NCBI GenBank assembly: GCA_965217865.1
Contig: CBDCJO010000002.1
Span: 3,104,001 to 3,168,000, forward strand
Direction of reading: 5' to 3'
Length of the DNA: 64,000 nucleotides
Source: Candidatus Latescibacterota bacterium
GTDB lineage: Bacteria > Latescibacterota > UBA2968 > SICM01
Shown here: positions 43,518 through 56,521 of the stretch, piece by piece
How the letters are laid out: every line of letters begins with the position of its first letter
Position numbering within the stretch: position 1 is the first letter of the stretch
Notes under the pieces: model-generated
What the model saw: only the letters and a program-made list of their open reading frames with translations
What the model was told of the DNA's origin: nothing
Database searches by the model: none
Translations under genes and position numbers: made by a program

Positions 43518-46058
43518 ATGTGTCCATCACGCACCTTTTCTCAAACCGCACGAGTGATTGCTCATCCTTTCATCTCGTTGAGCCTCGCCTTCACAGGAAT
43601 AGCCTTCATCGCCCCCAATGCAGGCGCTGTCCCATCGGACTCCTTAGCTGCATCCCTGGACTCCTTACGGGTGGAGCTTGACTCGTTGATGAACGTCGCA
43701 CCGCCTGTGAAAGTGAGCAACCAGGCCTTTGGTCAGGGAGTCGAACCCTCGAGTGAAGGGTCACCTGAAGTTCAACCGGTGAACATGGATTCGCTGGTGG
43801 AGGTGGCCACCTTGCTGTCGGAATCGGGGGATCCAGAAGGGGCCGCTGCCGCACAACGGACTCTGGGTGCGATCTATCTGGGCGGAAGACAGCTCGATGC
43901 GGCGGAGGAGGCGTTTGATCGGGCTCGCCACCTCGACGATTCGGCGGCGTCATGGTTTGGCCTGGGGATAGTCGCGGCTGCCGGAGACCGATCCCGGAAG
44001 CGGGAGGCCCCGAACCGGTTCCGGGAGGTCCTGGTCCGCGACCCGAAGATGTCCGATGCCCGCTATCGACTCGCCCTCGTGCTGCATAGCTTGGGAGAGG
44101 GGAATGCCGGATCCGAGCTGGAGCGCCTTGTGAAGACGGATCCGAAGTACACACCGGGCTACCTCCTCCTCTCCGAGTGGGCTGAGCAGAAGCCTTACGG
44201 TCTCGAAGAAGCCCTCGAATGGTGTGAGCGCGGCCTAGAGGCAAATCCGGATGATCCGGACCTCCTGGTCCGAAGGGAGGAGCTCAAGTTTCTCTCGGGT
44301 GGGGAGGACACTGGGATCACCGTGTTAATGTCCTACCTCAAGAAGCGGCCTCACGAGATCCGTCTCTTGCCCCTGATCGGGCAAGCCCACCTGAAGAAGG
44401 GGCGGTTGGGGCCCGCGGAGGCTGTGTTTCGAGCCTATCTGGACCGGGTCAACCCTCAGGAGCGAGCATTCTACAATGACATTTCGCTGGTGGGGTCGCC
44501 GGAGGAGATAGAGGCATTTAATGCCATCAAGCCGGAGGATGCCCCGGAGTTTCTGCGGCAGTTCTGGGCGCGGCGGGACATAGACTTGATAACTGGGGTT
44601 AACAAGCGGCGTCTTGAGCACTATCGGCGGGTGTGGGTGGCCAGGACGCAGTTCTCCAAGGGACGGACGCCGTGGGACCAGCGTGGAGAGATCTACATTC
44701 GCTATGGGGAGCCCTACTTCCGGCAGCGGTCGGGGAAGAGCGACTTCCAAAAGGGAATGGACCGGAAGGTACAGGCCGTGCGGCAGCGGCAAGCGACCCG
44801 CATTTACGGCGGAATGAGAACGAATATCCCTGACCTCATTTCGTTTCTGAAAGGTAGTTCTAGTAGGCTCCAAATCGACTCTCTTTCTTCGAAAAATAAT
44901 CTTAGTAGGTTCAACCCTTCAAAGAATATGACAATGGACATGGGACTCTATCAGGGTCCGGTCTATCCGTTGAAGGCCTTCGGGCCTGGTTACACCATTC
45001 TAGCGGCGGGTGGAAGCACCCCTGAGTTGTGGGAGAGTTGGGTCTACCCTCATATCGAGGGGGGGATCGAGTTTGTGTTCACCGACGAATTCCACGGATA
45101 TGACTATGACTTTGCCCCGATTCCCACCATCTATACTCCAATGGCTCCAAAGGCAGTAGCGGGGAGGTTCCGAACCAAGGTGCGCGAAGAGGCTCCCGAG
45201 CAGGTTTTCCGCGCTTTAAAGTCAAAGGCGTTGTCGTTGTACTTGCCTGAGGATCTGACAGAGCCGCTCACGTCTCACGTGGCAACAGTGGACTTCCGGG
45301 GGAGCCGCGACAGCTCACGCGTGGAGATCTACCTGGAGGTGCCCGTCGAGGAGATCACTCCGACGGAGCAGGGCTGGTCGGGGGAGCGGTGGCTGGTCGT
45401 GTATGACAAGACGTGGCGAGAGGTTCACCGCTCCATCAACCGTTCACCGCTCCAAGCTCTACCGGAGTTCGATGATGAGATCCTGGATGTGATGGCGTTC
45501 AACTGTCCGGCAGGCGACTATTTTATGGCGGTGAAGGTCAGAGACCCGAAGTCCAAACGAATGCAGGTGGTCCGCGACAGCCTACACGTGGAAAGTTACG
45601 TGGGAGAAAGGCTCCGGATGAGCGGGATAGAGATGGCCCGCAGGATTGCACCAGCAACAGAGGAAGGTAAGTTCGTAAAAGAGGGGTTGGAGGTGATCCC
45701 TATGCCTTCCCTTACCTTCAAACGGAGGAAAGATGTCTTCCTCTACTTTGAGGTTTACAATCTCATGCGGGACGCGCAGGGACGGACGCACTACCGGGTC
45801 GATTATACTCTGCGAAGGCTGAAGGGGGGCATCGGTAATCCCATCCTGTCGGGCCTCGGACGGCTGATCGGAAGGCGTAAGAAGGAGGACGAGGTCACCA
45901 CCTCCCACGAGTCAAGGGGAGAGACGATGCAGGAGATAATCCACACAGCGCTGGATTTGAGGAAGGGGAAAAAGGGGGACCATACCCTTCAGGTGACCGT
46001 TACGGACCTGAACAGTGGGATTGGAGTAAGCAGACAGACATCCTTCGTTCTTCGGTAA
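43518..46058 (+). CDS. GWxTD domain protein with N-terminal TPRs
   Basis: TPR helices; FW..RD..T..N.R..EHYRRV..A..F..WDQRGEIYIRYGEP. Confidence 0.88.
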   Translation: MCPSRTFSQTARVIAHPFISLSLAFTGIAFIAPNAGAVPSDSLAASLDSLRVELDSLMNVAPPVKVSNQAFGQGVEPSSEGSPEVQPVNMDSLVEVATLLSESGDPEGAAAAQRTLGAIYLGGRQLDAAEEAFDRARHLDDSAASWFGLGIVAAAGDRSRKREAPNRFREVLVRDPKMSDARYRLALVLHSLGEGNAGSELERLVKTDPKYTPGYLLLSEWAEQKPYGLEEALEWCERGLEANPDDPDLLVRREELKFLSGGEDTGITVLMSYLKKRPHEIRLLPLIGQAHLKKGRLGPAEAVFRAYLDRVNPQERAFYNDISLVGSPEEIEAFNAIKPEDAPEFLRQFWARRDIDLITGVNKRRLEHYRRVWVARTQFSKGRTPWDQRGEIYIRYGEPYFRQRSGKSDFQKGMDRKVQAVRQRQATRIYGGMRTNIPDLISFLKGSSSRLQIDSLSSKNNLSRFNPSKNMTMDMGLYQGPVYPLKAFGPGYTILAAGGSTPELWESWVYPHIEGGIEFVFTDEFHGYDYDFAPIPTIYTPMAPKAVAGRFRTKVREEAPEQVFRALKSKALSLYLPEDLTEPLTSHVATVDFRGSRDSSRVEIYLEVPVEEITPTEQGWSGERWLVVYDKTWREVHRSINRSPLQALPEFDDEILDVMAFNCPAGDYFMAVKVRDPKSKRMQVVRDSLHVESYVGERLRMSGIEMARRIAPATEEGKFVKEGLEVIPMPSLTFKRRKDVFLYFEVYNLMRDAQGRTHYRVDYTLRRLKGGIGNPILSGLGRLIGRRKKEDEVTTSHESRGETMQEIIHTALDLRKGKKGDHTLQVTVTDLNSGIGVSRQTSFVLR

Positions 46059-46186
46059 AATGGGGCTGGTTGGGATATTATGTTTGGCGCTCTGGTTTAG
46101 AGGCTGCAGCACCCTGGGAGAAGTACAACGACGCTGGAGCCTTGGACATTGTTTGATAACTTATATATACCACTTAAGGAAAGAAA

Positions 46187-46369
46187 TTGATTGGACAAAT
46201 AGTAAGGAAAGAAATTCTCTCTAATCTTTCAAGCCATACATTTATTATTATTTGCATCTTTTGTTCTGCCATAATCCTTTTAAGCATCTACACCGGGTTG
46301 CGTAGCTTAAGGGACCAGGTTGCAGAATACCGACAGACTGAAATATTAAACCGACAGATCTTGCAGGTA
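46187..46369 (+). pseudogene. ABC-2-type permease N-terminal fragment
   Basis: IVRKEILSNL.S..F plus a TM helix; interrupted by IS256. Confidence 0.7.
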
Positions 46370-47794
46370 GGTCAAGTCTTAAGCGTCCTGCAAAATGCAA
46401 GCCTTCAACTGGAGGTCCAGTGAGGTTCAGGCAACGGCTACCATTTCAGCCGGTGGTGCGATCTGTCGTTCCTCATAGAGCAGCTGGAGCTGGAGCAGTT
46501 CGGTGGACGTGATGTTGATATTCTGCCACCTGGCAGCGGCACGGATGAGAACAGCATAGACGAGCTTCAGGCAACTCTTTTCGGAGAAGAATCGCGGCAA
46601 TGTTTTGGTTCGGCGGCGTTCCTCGACAAAGCTGCGTTCGATCAGGTTGGTGGTGCGGGCGAACTTCCGGAGTCGCCAGGGAAGCTGGAGGTGTGCGAGG
46701 AGAGCTTCGAGGTCCTCCGTGAGACACTTGCACAGACCGGGGAACTCCTTGCTGAACTTCTCCAGAAACTCTCGCACCGCACTTTGGCCGGCCTGAAGAT
46801 CCGGGGCGTCACGAATCATCACCAGATACGGCTTGATCTCATGCCAGCGCGCATCGGGCACCTTGGCTGCAAAGTTGCGCATCCGATGCGCCCAGCAGCG
46901 TCCGCGCAGACTCTTCGGCCACATCTGGTCGATGGTCTGGATAAGCCCACCGGCTCCGTCGGTCGTGACGAACAGGGGTGCCGGTAAACCACGCCGGTCG
47001 AGATCCCGGACGAACTCAAGCCATGCCTCGCCGCTTTCTTTGCTGCCCAGACCCAGGGAGATCAGAACTTTCCGGCCGTCCAGTGTGATGCCCCAGGCGC
47101 ACAGCACGGCCTCCCGGGTGATGCCGTGGGTACGAAGCGGCTCGTACAGGCCGTCCAGGAACAGGCACAGGAGAGGAAAGTCGCTGAGATCGCGTTCCTG
47201 GAAGGCCTGGTATTGTTCCCAAAGGACTTCGGTGACTTCGCTGACCTTGCTGCGGCTAAGCAGGCAACGCCCCTGCTCATCAGTGAAGGCGTCCTCGATG
47301 TCCCGGGTAGACAGTCCACGCGCGTACATCCCGGTTGCCAGGCGCTGCACCATCCCTGAGTCGCCGCGCAGAAGATCGTAAAGGCTGCACCGGTAGGGCT
47401 CCTCTGGATCCCTGACCTGAGGAATCGCGACCTCGAGGCGGCCTTCGGCAGTATCCAGATAGCCCGGCTCATAGCCGCTACGGTAGCCTCGACGACCTTC
47501 ACCGCGTTTATACCGATCGACACCCAGGTGGTCCCGCTGATGCGCCTCAAAACCCTCCTGGCAGATCAGCCGGGTGGACAACTGAACTAGCTGAGTCAAC
47601 GCCTCTTGGGCGCTCTCGACATCCTGGAGTCCTTCGATGAACTCCTTCAATTCCTTGCGCAATCTATCACTCGGAGCTATCTTCTTCATACGGCGTGACT
47701 CCTTCCTTTTGCCCACTCGGGGCGTCGAGGTTTTTGGGGACCTCTGGAAGATAGCTCACGCCGCTTCTTTTTGCAGGAAATCTAAGACATTACC
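46370..47794 (-). mobile_element. IS256-family element, intact (transposase 46427-47716)
   Basis: TIR GGTCAAGTCTTAAGCGTCCTGCAAAA / TTTTGCAGGAAATCTAAGACATTACC; 9-bp TSD TTGCAGGTA; MYARGLSTRD, LDG, RTTNLIER. Confidence 0.95.
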
Positions 47795-47832
47795 TTGCAG
47801 GTATTAGACCTACACGGTAAGAACAGGGGGGA

Positions 47833-48213
47833 ATGGTGAGAAAAAGTACTACCGCACATTGGCCTCGATTCTTTTTGGCGCTCTGCTTCATTTTTCCGGC
47901 TTTGGTTGCCTATGGTCGAGGGCCGGAAGATCTGTTGGACCTTCGAAAGCTCACAAAGAAACTAAAGCTATCCCCGGCACAACAGGATTCAGCAAGGCGG
48001 AAGATTTCCCAGATCCAAAATACTTTGAAGGCCTTCGAGTGGGACTATGCGAGGATGACATCTGAAGCAGCTATCTGGAAAGGGATGGGTGGAAACCTCA
48101 ACGAGGTAAGGGATAGAAAGAAGAAAGCGATCGCAGAAATCGACAGAGTCTTGGTCAACTTCAGAGGGAGTCTCGACAGCCGCCAGCAGTACCGTCTGGA
48201 TGACCGTTGTTGA
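47833..48213 (+). CDS. Exported helical hypothetical protein, possibly truncated
   Basis: Signal peptide; L.LSPAQ and LDSRQ repeats (Spy/CpxP-like). Confidence 0.5.
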   Translation: MVRKSTTAHWPRFFLALCFIFPALVAYGRGPEDLLDLRKLTKKLKLSPAQQDSARRKISQIQNTLKAFEWDYARMTSEAAIWKGMGGNLNEVRDRKKKAIAEIDRVLVNFRGSLDSRQQYRLDDRC

Positions 48214-49067
48214 CACAGCAAAAAGCAGGCTCCTGAATACAACTGTATGGAGACCCTGAAGGTGCTGAACCGGCTGCCCACGATGACGATCCGCGCGGAC
48301 CACCGCCCGTGCATCTGGTTCACCTCCGATGTCCTGGTCGCTAGGCCCGGGACACTCGCTTCCTTCTACATGGGCACCCGTCCATGCTCTCATCGCAGAG
48401 GGCGTGGCGACCGAAGAGAACGTGCCCGGGCCATCCGTCAGGGGGATGAGCGGCTGCTCAGGGAGCCGTACGGCGATCTGCAGGTCGGGACTCGAACGAA
48501 TCGTCGAGTTGAAAGAACGGGCACGCCACCAGCGCCCGGCCACGGGCCGATCCACCGCGGCAGCACCTGGCAAACGGTGCGCCTCTCCGGGGCGCACTTC
48601 CGATGATGTGCCTCCTGTCATGCCATTACTACGGTGTGAAAACGACGTGGGGGGTCGATTCACAGTTTGCCCGGTGCCGGATTCACACGGGACCCGCCGC
48701 GTATCCGCTGAGGCGGCAGTCTTACGCCTCCACGGCCCGGCCGGGCGTGGCCGGACGGGCCGCTCCAGCGGATGCGGGAGCGACCCCCCAGTCCGAGGGC
48801 CTGGTACGGGCGCGGAGCCGTGCGCGTTTTCACACGCCCGCCCCCTGGGGTCGCTCCCTCTCGATCAATCCCGTGCGGGAAGGCTGTCCAGCGCCGCTGG
48901 GAGCGCGGTGTATCGGCAGCCCGATCCGGGTTCCGGGTCTCGGCTCGTCGGCCAAGTACGCGGCCCCGGGGTACGCCGCGCAGTCCGGGACGCGACCTTC
49001 TTGGACACCAGCCTTTGGTTGGCCCGCCAGTTGGCGCGCTCGACCAGCGACACGGGGGCGGAGGGGG

Positions 49068-49578
49068 CGACGGTGCTGGAACCACAAGATGAGGAACGTG
49101 CTGGACCGGCTGCCGCAGCGGGAGCAGAGCGAGGCGAAGGATCTTCTCAGGGCCGTGGTCTACGCACCGAGCCGGGCCGAGGCTGTGAAGGCCCGCGCAG
49201 TGCTCGCCAGGCGCTACAGGCCGTGGTATCCGAAGGCGGTGGACGTACTCGAGGACGACTGGGAGCGGATGGTGGCGTTCTACGACTTCCCCGAGGATCA
49301 CTGGAAGCATCTACGCACGACGAACGTGGTCGAGAGAGCCCCTTTGCCGCAGTAGGGCTCAGGACAACGGCGGCGAAGCGCTTCAAGAGGGTCGAGAGCG
49401 CTACGGCGCTGATCTGGAAGCTGCTCTTGGTGGCGGAGAAGCGCTCAGAAGGCTCGACGCTCCTCACCTCCTCAAGGACGTATTTGAAGGAAGAAAGTTC
49501 GAAGACGGAAAGCCCGTCTCAACCCAACAGCGGAAAAACGCCGCCTGAAACATTTACACACCTATTGACCCAACCTCA
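49068..49578 (+). mobile_element. IS256-family 3' fragment with right end
   Basis: RCWNHKMRNVLD..HWKHLRTTNVVE; frameshifts; TACACACCTATTGAC. Confidence 0.85.
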
Positions 49579-50299
49579 GAGGGTGTGGTTCAAGATGCTG
49601 GATGTGCAAACGATCCGTGTCAGCGGAGACGGTATAGAAACCATTTTGAAGTACGTGTGGCAATGGACGACAACGGGGAGTGCGTCCTTGTGGTAGATGG
49701 GGAGCCACGAAGCCCGTGGCAGGTCATGTATCGTGCGCTAGACAGGCTCTTATTCTCTAGCGAGGACGATGCCTAGCCGTGGTACACCTACTTAGCAGGT
49801 GGATGCCATGAAGAAGCGACGTAAGCAGACGTAAGCATAGGGTGCCGGAGTCTAGGGCGCTGGCCTTGCCGCCGAAGGGGCACCAGCCGAGCAAGGCCGA
49901 AAAGGAAGAGGAAGTGGATATGCCGAAGCTGACGAAGGCCCAGCTGCGGAAGACATTCTTCCGGCCTTTCCGGTTTGGGCGGCAAGGGGAGTGAGACGAT
50001 TGGCCTGTGGGTAGGCTCCTGGCGTTAGTAGTGGTCCTCGTAGGGATCGCGATGGTATAATCCCCCATTCAAGCAGGGAGACTACGCATGCCGTGGCCCA
50101 GCACCATTTCCCTCCTCTACCCGTTGGCAGACGGGCAAGAGCCTCAACATCGCGCCGCCGGGCTGGGAGCAGACCTACGACCCCCTTGTCGAGGCCTGCA
50201 ACCTCGACAAGGGCTAGAGCCGCCCGGACGATCCGGCGCGCGCCCGGGATCAGCAGCCGGGGCACCGCGCCTACCTCGAGGCGGCGGAGCTGCGGGCGG

Positions 50300-50540
50300 G
50301 GATCGCGCATGAGGCCGATCCCCGGGACCAGATCCGGGACTACCTGCTGCGGGGCGTCGAGCGCGGCACGGTGCAGGACCGGGCCGGCGTCGCCGCCGCC
50401 CTGCAGGAGGCGGGCTTCGACGTGCCGCGCCAGGGCAAGAACTACGTGACCGCCCACGACCCGGACAGTGGGAAGCGGTGGCGGCTGAAAGGAGCGCTGT
50501 ACGAGCATGACTTCCAACGCGAACGATTTGAGCGCCCGAT
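50300..50540 (+). pseudogene. Relaxase/mobilisation (MbeA-like) fragment
   Basis: DR..V.AAL.EAGF.VPRQGK.Y.T..RWRLKGALYE.DF. Confidence 0.7.
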
Positions 50541-51016
50541 GGCGCGCCTGGGGGATCCCAGTGCGATGCGGGGCGGGCATGGTGGCCCTGCAAACCCTCC
50601 TCGCGCTCTACCGCTTTGGAGACAGCACGGCCCTGCTGCAGTTGGTGAATCCGCTGATGTGGATCGGGCTGGGTCTGTTCTTCGTCACGGGCTGGGTCAT
50701 TGGCTGGGTGGTGGAACGCCTTCTCCGCGGCACGACCGGTCGGTTCCGCACGCTGCTGCTGGGCGCGACGTTCCTGGCCACCCCCGTGGCGGTCGCCGGG
50801 AGCCTCGTGGGGGGGCTATTCGGCCCTCCGGGGGTCCTGCTCTATGGCCTGATCCCGTATCTCCTCCTGGTGGGGATTCCCAGACTGATTGGGGTCGTGT
50901 GGACCCGGCATGGCTCCTGAGCTTCCGGAAGCAGAGTACGAACAACTCGAGGCGGTGTAGGACCTCCCACCAGTTGGACCGCCCTCCTGATTCTGAACGA
51001 ACCTGGGCTGGCCAAG

Positions 51017-52950
51017 CGACGCTGGACGAGGACCTTGCGCGGTTCCCATACGTCAATGGCCGGTTGTTCGAGGAGCCGCTACGCATCCCGGCCTTCAACG
51101 CAGAGATGCGGACGGCGTTGCTGGACGCTTGCCGTTTCGACTGGTCGAACATCTCACCCGCCATCTTCGGAGCGCTGTTCCAGTCGGTCATGGACCCGTT
51201 GGAGCGCCGCAAGCAGGGGGCGCACTACACAACCGAGAAGAACATCCTGAAGGTGATCGAGCCGCTGTTTCTGGACGATCTGCGTGCCGAATTCGAGCGC
51301 CTGAAGGCCTGAGAGGACAGCCGCCGCCGGGCCGATCTGCGCCGCTTTCAGGAGAAGCTCGGGCGGATGACCTTCTTCGATCCTGCGTGCGGATGCGGGA
51401 ACTTCCTCATCATCGCCTACCGCGAGTTGCGGGAACTGGAGATCGAGGTTCTGAAGGAGCTCTATCCCGAAAAGCAACTCGACGCTCTGGCCGAGACCCT
51501 GTCGGTCGTGGATGTGGATCAGTTCTACGGGATCGAGATCGGCGAGTTTCCCGTTCGCATCGCGGAGACCGCGCTGTGGATGATGGACCACATCATGAAC
51601 AACCGGCTGAGCCTGGAGTTCGGCCAGAGATATGTCCGCATTCCGCTCACGTCCTCGCCGCACATCGTCCATGGGGACGCTCTGGAAATCGACTGGTCCC
51701 AACTGCTGAGACCGGAAAACTGTGACTTCGTCTTCGGCAATCCACCCTTCGGGGGCGCGAAGTTCCAGAGCAAGACTCAGCGCGCGCAGGTGCGAAGGAT
51801 CGCGGACCTTGGAGGGAGCGGGGGTACGCTCGACTACGTGACCGCGTGGTTCATCAAGGCGGGAGAGTACGCGTATGGGACCGAGGTCCGGATCGGATTC
51901 GTGGCCACCAATTCGATCACCCAGGGGGAGCAGGTGGCGCAGCTCTGGCCGATCCTGTTCAACCGCTGTGGGCTGGAGATCTCCTTCGCCCACCGGACGT
52001 TCGCATGGGGATCGGACGCACGTGGAAAGGCCCATGTGCACGTAGTCATCATCGGGCTCGACGGCCGTGCGGTCGGCAAGGCGCCTGTTCAGCTATCCCG
52101 ACATCAACGGCGACCCAGAGGAGACCCGACACTCCGTGCTCTCGCCGTACCTGTTCGACGCCAGCGGGCTCGCCGACCCGCACCTGACCGTGCGGGAAGA
52201 GAGCACGCCAGTGAATGGGTTGCCGAAGCTGATTATCGGTTCCAAACCCATTGACGGTGGGCACTACATCTTCAGCACTGCGGAGAAGCGCGCCGAGTTC
52301 GTCGCGGCGGAGCCGTACGTGCGGCCTTACATCGGCGCCCGCGAATACCTGCAAGGCGGCGGCAGGTGGATTCTCGCCCTCCACGATGCCCCGCCCAACG
52401 TCCTGGTGGGGATGCCGGCCGTGCGGGAACGGATCGGGGCGATGCGTTCGTACCGCGAGGCCAGCCGGAGCGCGCCCACCCGGAAGCTGGCGGCGACCCC
52501 GACCCCTCTATCATGTGAACGTCATCCCCACCTCTCCCTTCCTGGTGATCCCCGAGGTCAGTTCGGAGCGGCGGGAGTACGTCCCAATCGGGTGGCTGGA
52601 ACCTCCGGTTGTTCCGAGCAACCTCGTTCGGGTTCTGGAAAACGCCACGATGACAGACTTCGCGCTGCTTACCTTGGCCATGCATATGGCGTGGCTGCGC
52701 CACATCGGTGGACGGCTCAAGAGGCGACTACCGCTACTCCATCGGCCTCGTCTACAACACCTTCCCGACTCCACCCGCTACCGCCAACACGTCCAAACTC
52801 GAGCCTTTGGCGCAAGCCGTACTCGACGCTCGCACCGCGTATCCTGACGCCACCTTGGCGGACCTCTACGACCCGGACCTGGTGCCACCCACCCTCCGCC
52901 GTGCCCACCAAGCGATCGATCGCGCCGTGGACCGGCTCTATCCAGGCTGA
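51017..52950 (+). pseudogene. MmeI-like type IIL restriction-modification methyltransferase
   Basis: FPYVNGRLF, GAHYTTEKNILKVI, DPACGCGNF, GNPPF, YNTFP; stop at 51310-51312, frameshifts, no N-terminus. Confidence 0.92.
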
Positions 52951-52983
52951 CTCTCAAATTGCAACCGGAAGGAAGTAAAGGAC

Positions 52984-53148
52984 ATGTCTGCCTACGAGTA
53001 TCAATGCCAGTCGTGCAAGAAAAGGTTCACCTTGACTTTGTCGATAGCTCAACACGAGACGGAACGAGTGAAGTGCCCCAAATGCAAAAGCACCCGCGTT
53101 CGTCAAGCCATCACCCCATTCTTCGCCCAGACCTCAAAGAAGAGTTAA
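52984..53148 (+). CDS. FmdB-family zinc-ribbon protein (54 aa, not in the ORF track)
   Basis: MSAYEYQCQSC..F..CPKC.S. Confidence 0.85.
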   Translation: MSAYEYQCQSCKKRFTLTLSIAQHETERVKCPKCKSTRVRQAITPFFAQTSKKS

Positions 53149-54729
53149 GCTCCGAGAAATTCACTTTAGGTCAAAGCCATTGCACCACTACACGGAGTGT
53201 GCTCAACCGATTTTATCGCCATTTTGCCAGTCTCTCATGACGGACACCGGAGGCATCGAACCACCAACAAGACCATGGCTCATAAGATCCCCTGGAGCAC
53301 AGGATCCAACTGGCTACGAATCGATCCACACTTACATACGCCTGGCACACTACGGAATAGCCAGTTTGGTGACTACAGAGACGCCGCCACCTGGTCCGCG
53401 TATGAGAATCAGCTTCGCTTGGCCGACCCTGCCCCCGCTATTCTGGGTATCACGGACTACTTCGTTCCCAGAGGTTATAAGTTCTTCCGCCAGCATATCG
53501 AGGTCAAGTCTATACCTGGCCTACGGCTAGTCTTCGCAAACATCGAGCTTCGCCTAAATATCAAGACAGATAGGGGCAAAGCCTTTAACACCCACCTTCT
53601 AGTGTCACCCGATGATCCAGACCATGTCGCAACCATAGAGAGCAAACTGCATTCCCTGCACTTCCACTATGGCGGGCAGCAATTTGGGTGCACCGAGGAT
53701 GACATTCGGCGATTGGGGCGAGCCCATGCGAAAAATGACAAGATTGATGATGAAACAGCCCTCTATCAGGGAGCAAGGCAGTTCCTGGTTGAGTTCGGCG
53801 AGTTGCGGGAACTCAAGGATGATGCATGGATTGCAGACAATGTGCTGATTGCTGTAGCCGCTGGCGGTGATGGCCTCGGAGGCATTGCTACGGATTCTTC
53901 TTTCCACGCCCAACGAGAGGAGCTGGCGGCTGTTTCCGATATCATCTTCTCGGCGAATCCGGCGGACCGGCAGTTCTGGTCCGGGAATCACCCCGATTTC
54001 GCCGCGCGCGGCTATGTCTGCAAGCCATGCTTGAATGGCAGCGACGCGCACCGACTAGAGGATGTCCTAAGGCCGTCAGAGAGCCGCATCTGTTGGATCC
54101 GTTCTGAGCCGACTTTCGAGGGTCTACGCCAAATACTTGTCGAACCAGTTAGGCGCGTGCACATCGGCAGTGACTCACCTGGTGCCCCTCCGCAGGGGAG
54201 GATGATTCGGACGGTCAGATTCCAAGGTGCCCCCTGGGTTTCTCCGGGCGAGGTGACCCTCAACCCCGGTCTTGTGTCTGTCATCGGGGCGCGCGGCTCT
54301 GGAAAGACAGCGCTCGCCGACATGATCGCTCTTGCCGCCGATGCCACTGATCCGGTGCCAAGCCCGGCCTCTTTCCTCGACCGGGCGCGTCAGCACTTGT
54401 CGGACCTTCAGGTCCAGGTCGGATGGCACGATAACGGCGCGCAGGCTCGACGAGGCCGCTCCTGACTCCGAACCGCTTGTCAAGTACCTGTCTCAGCACT
54501 TTGTGGAGCGCATCTCAGCCGTCCAGCCCGCCCCAACACAGGCCGCGTGGGATGCAGGAACCAAAGAGCCTCCCTCAGATGAGTTGCTCAACGAGATTGA
54601 GCGCGTGGTTTTCGATGCGATTCCGACGGAAGACCGCCTAATGTGCGCATCATTCCGAGAGCTACGAGAGGATTCGCTCGCCCAGTACATCGCCGAGCTC
54701 AGCGCCCACAAGGAGAAAATCCGGTCAAC

Positions 54730-56294
54730 TGTATCTATTCTGAGATAACAAGAGAAAAGCAGATAAAGGTCCAAGCAAGATTCAGGCAGCCTTGTGGATG
54801 GTCTGGGATGTTCTTTGCCGATTGATTTCTATGCGGCGCTGCCGAGCCTCCTCCTTTCGACCTTGTCGGTGGTGAAGAATCTTTTGATGCTGGCCTTTAT
54901 GCCTCTGAAGAGGCGTGACATACTGTATTGCCCCGTGATAGCGTTCGGCGTTGTAGCTGTGAATGAAGGAATCAATCAGGCCTTCCAGTTGATGGAATGT
55001 GAAGATGTCCTGGAAGCGCAGCCAGTCGTATTTGAATGTCCGGAAAAAGGCTTCGATCCAGGCGTTGTCCGTGGGTGTTTGATATCGGGCAAACAGCTGC
55101 GAGATGCCCAGGTCCTTGAAGAATTGGGCCATCGATTTGGCCTTCATCTGAGATCCGTGATCTGAGAGGGCTGTCAAGCTTATGGGCCCAGTGTCCAGGT
55201 CCAGCAGTCCTTCGTTGGCAAGGGCTTGATCCCAGGCCTGTTTGACCTGCTCCACGGTCGCGTTGAAGGAGAGCTTCCATCCTACGATCTTCCTGGAATA
55301 CACGTCGAGAATGGCGGTAAAATACAGGAACAAACCGAAAAATGGGATGTAGGTCAGGTCCCAGCTCCAGACCTGATTAGGACCTTCAGGTTTGACCTGG
55401 GGCTTGCTCTGCTTGACCGGCGTCCTCACCTGTTTCCTGCGTGCCAGACGTTCTTTCCTGGCCTGTCGGTAGAAGCTGGAGGCCGAGGCCTGCACTACCC
55501 CCTTCTCTGAGGCTACCACCGCCAGCTGATGGGGAGGCAGATCGGCATAGGTCTCATCCCTTAAGAGGGCCGGGATTTGCTCTTTCTCCTCCCTCAGCAA
55601 TCCGTGTGGGGCCTCATCAGGGGCGGGCCCGGGCTTCCCATCCAAAAGCGGGTCCGACACCCCATCCAGCTTCTCTTCTCGATCTCGCCGGCTCCAGGCA
55701 CAATACCGCTGGAGGGGAAGCTGTAGGATCTCGCAAGAACGGGTGAGTTTCACCCCTTTCTCCTTGGCCCGATGGACCATTAAGAGGATCTCGCGTTTGA
55801 CCTCAGCTTGCACCCGGTGGCCCTTGATCGGGCCTGTCAGATCCCATTCACACTTTTTTTTAGCAGGGAAAGTTCCACAGATTGCTCAATGATCGTTTGC
55901 TCCAGGCGTGCCCGCTCTTTGCGCAGCTGCTCCACCTCCTCAGCCGATACCATCGGCTTGCGGCTCCGGCGACCCTTGAACTCCTTGAGGGCCCCGGACT
56001 TGACCGACTCACGAATACGCTTTAGATCCGAGGAATGAATGCCCCATTTCCGCAGCACCTGTGCAATGGGAACATCTCCCCGGCTGGCTTCAAGGAAAAT
56101 CTCATACTTCTGTTCCGGGGACAAGCTCCTGCGCTTCTTGACCGGGTCACTGTTTGAGGACAGTTGCTCCATCTTTACTCCTCCTGTGAGGTCAGGGATA
56201 TCCCAAAATATGTATCCCTTCTCAACCCTACAGGCAACCAGGATCTTGCTTCGACCTTGCCCCCGTTTTTTCGGGCGATCTCAGACAAAAGATA
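54730..56294 (-). mobile_element. IS3-family element copy 3
   Basis: 4-bp TSD CAAC; two amino-acid differences from copy 1. Confidence 0.95.
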
Positions 56295-56521
56295 CAACCA
56301 CACTTGAAGTCGCTAAAGAGCAGCAGCTCTTTCGGATGCTCCCTACTCTCCGCTTACGGGCGAAGGAGGTAGCCCACAGTCGCTCATTACTCGATCAGAC
56401 CCTGAAGGCACTTCCGTTGCAGGCTGACCCACGCCTCGTGCAGGCCCACGAAGCCGCAAGAGATCGGTTACATAGGCTAGAGCAGGCAATCGCGAATGAG
56501 AAGCGCAAGGCGCACAGGCTG

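Noticed and set aside
50371-51312. Relaxase-MmeI fusion ORF
   Set aside because: The middle is an off-frame reading of a membrane-gene fragment; both ends are incomplete
51310-51312. TGA recoding (selenocysteine or alternative code) in the MmeI-like gene
   Set aside because: The gene has further frameshifts, TGA terminates many intact genes here, and a simple nonsense mutation explains it
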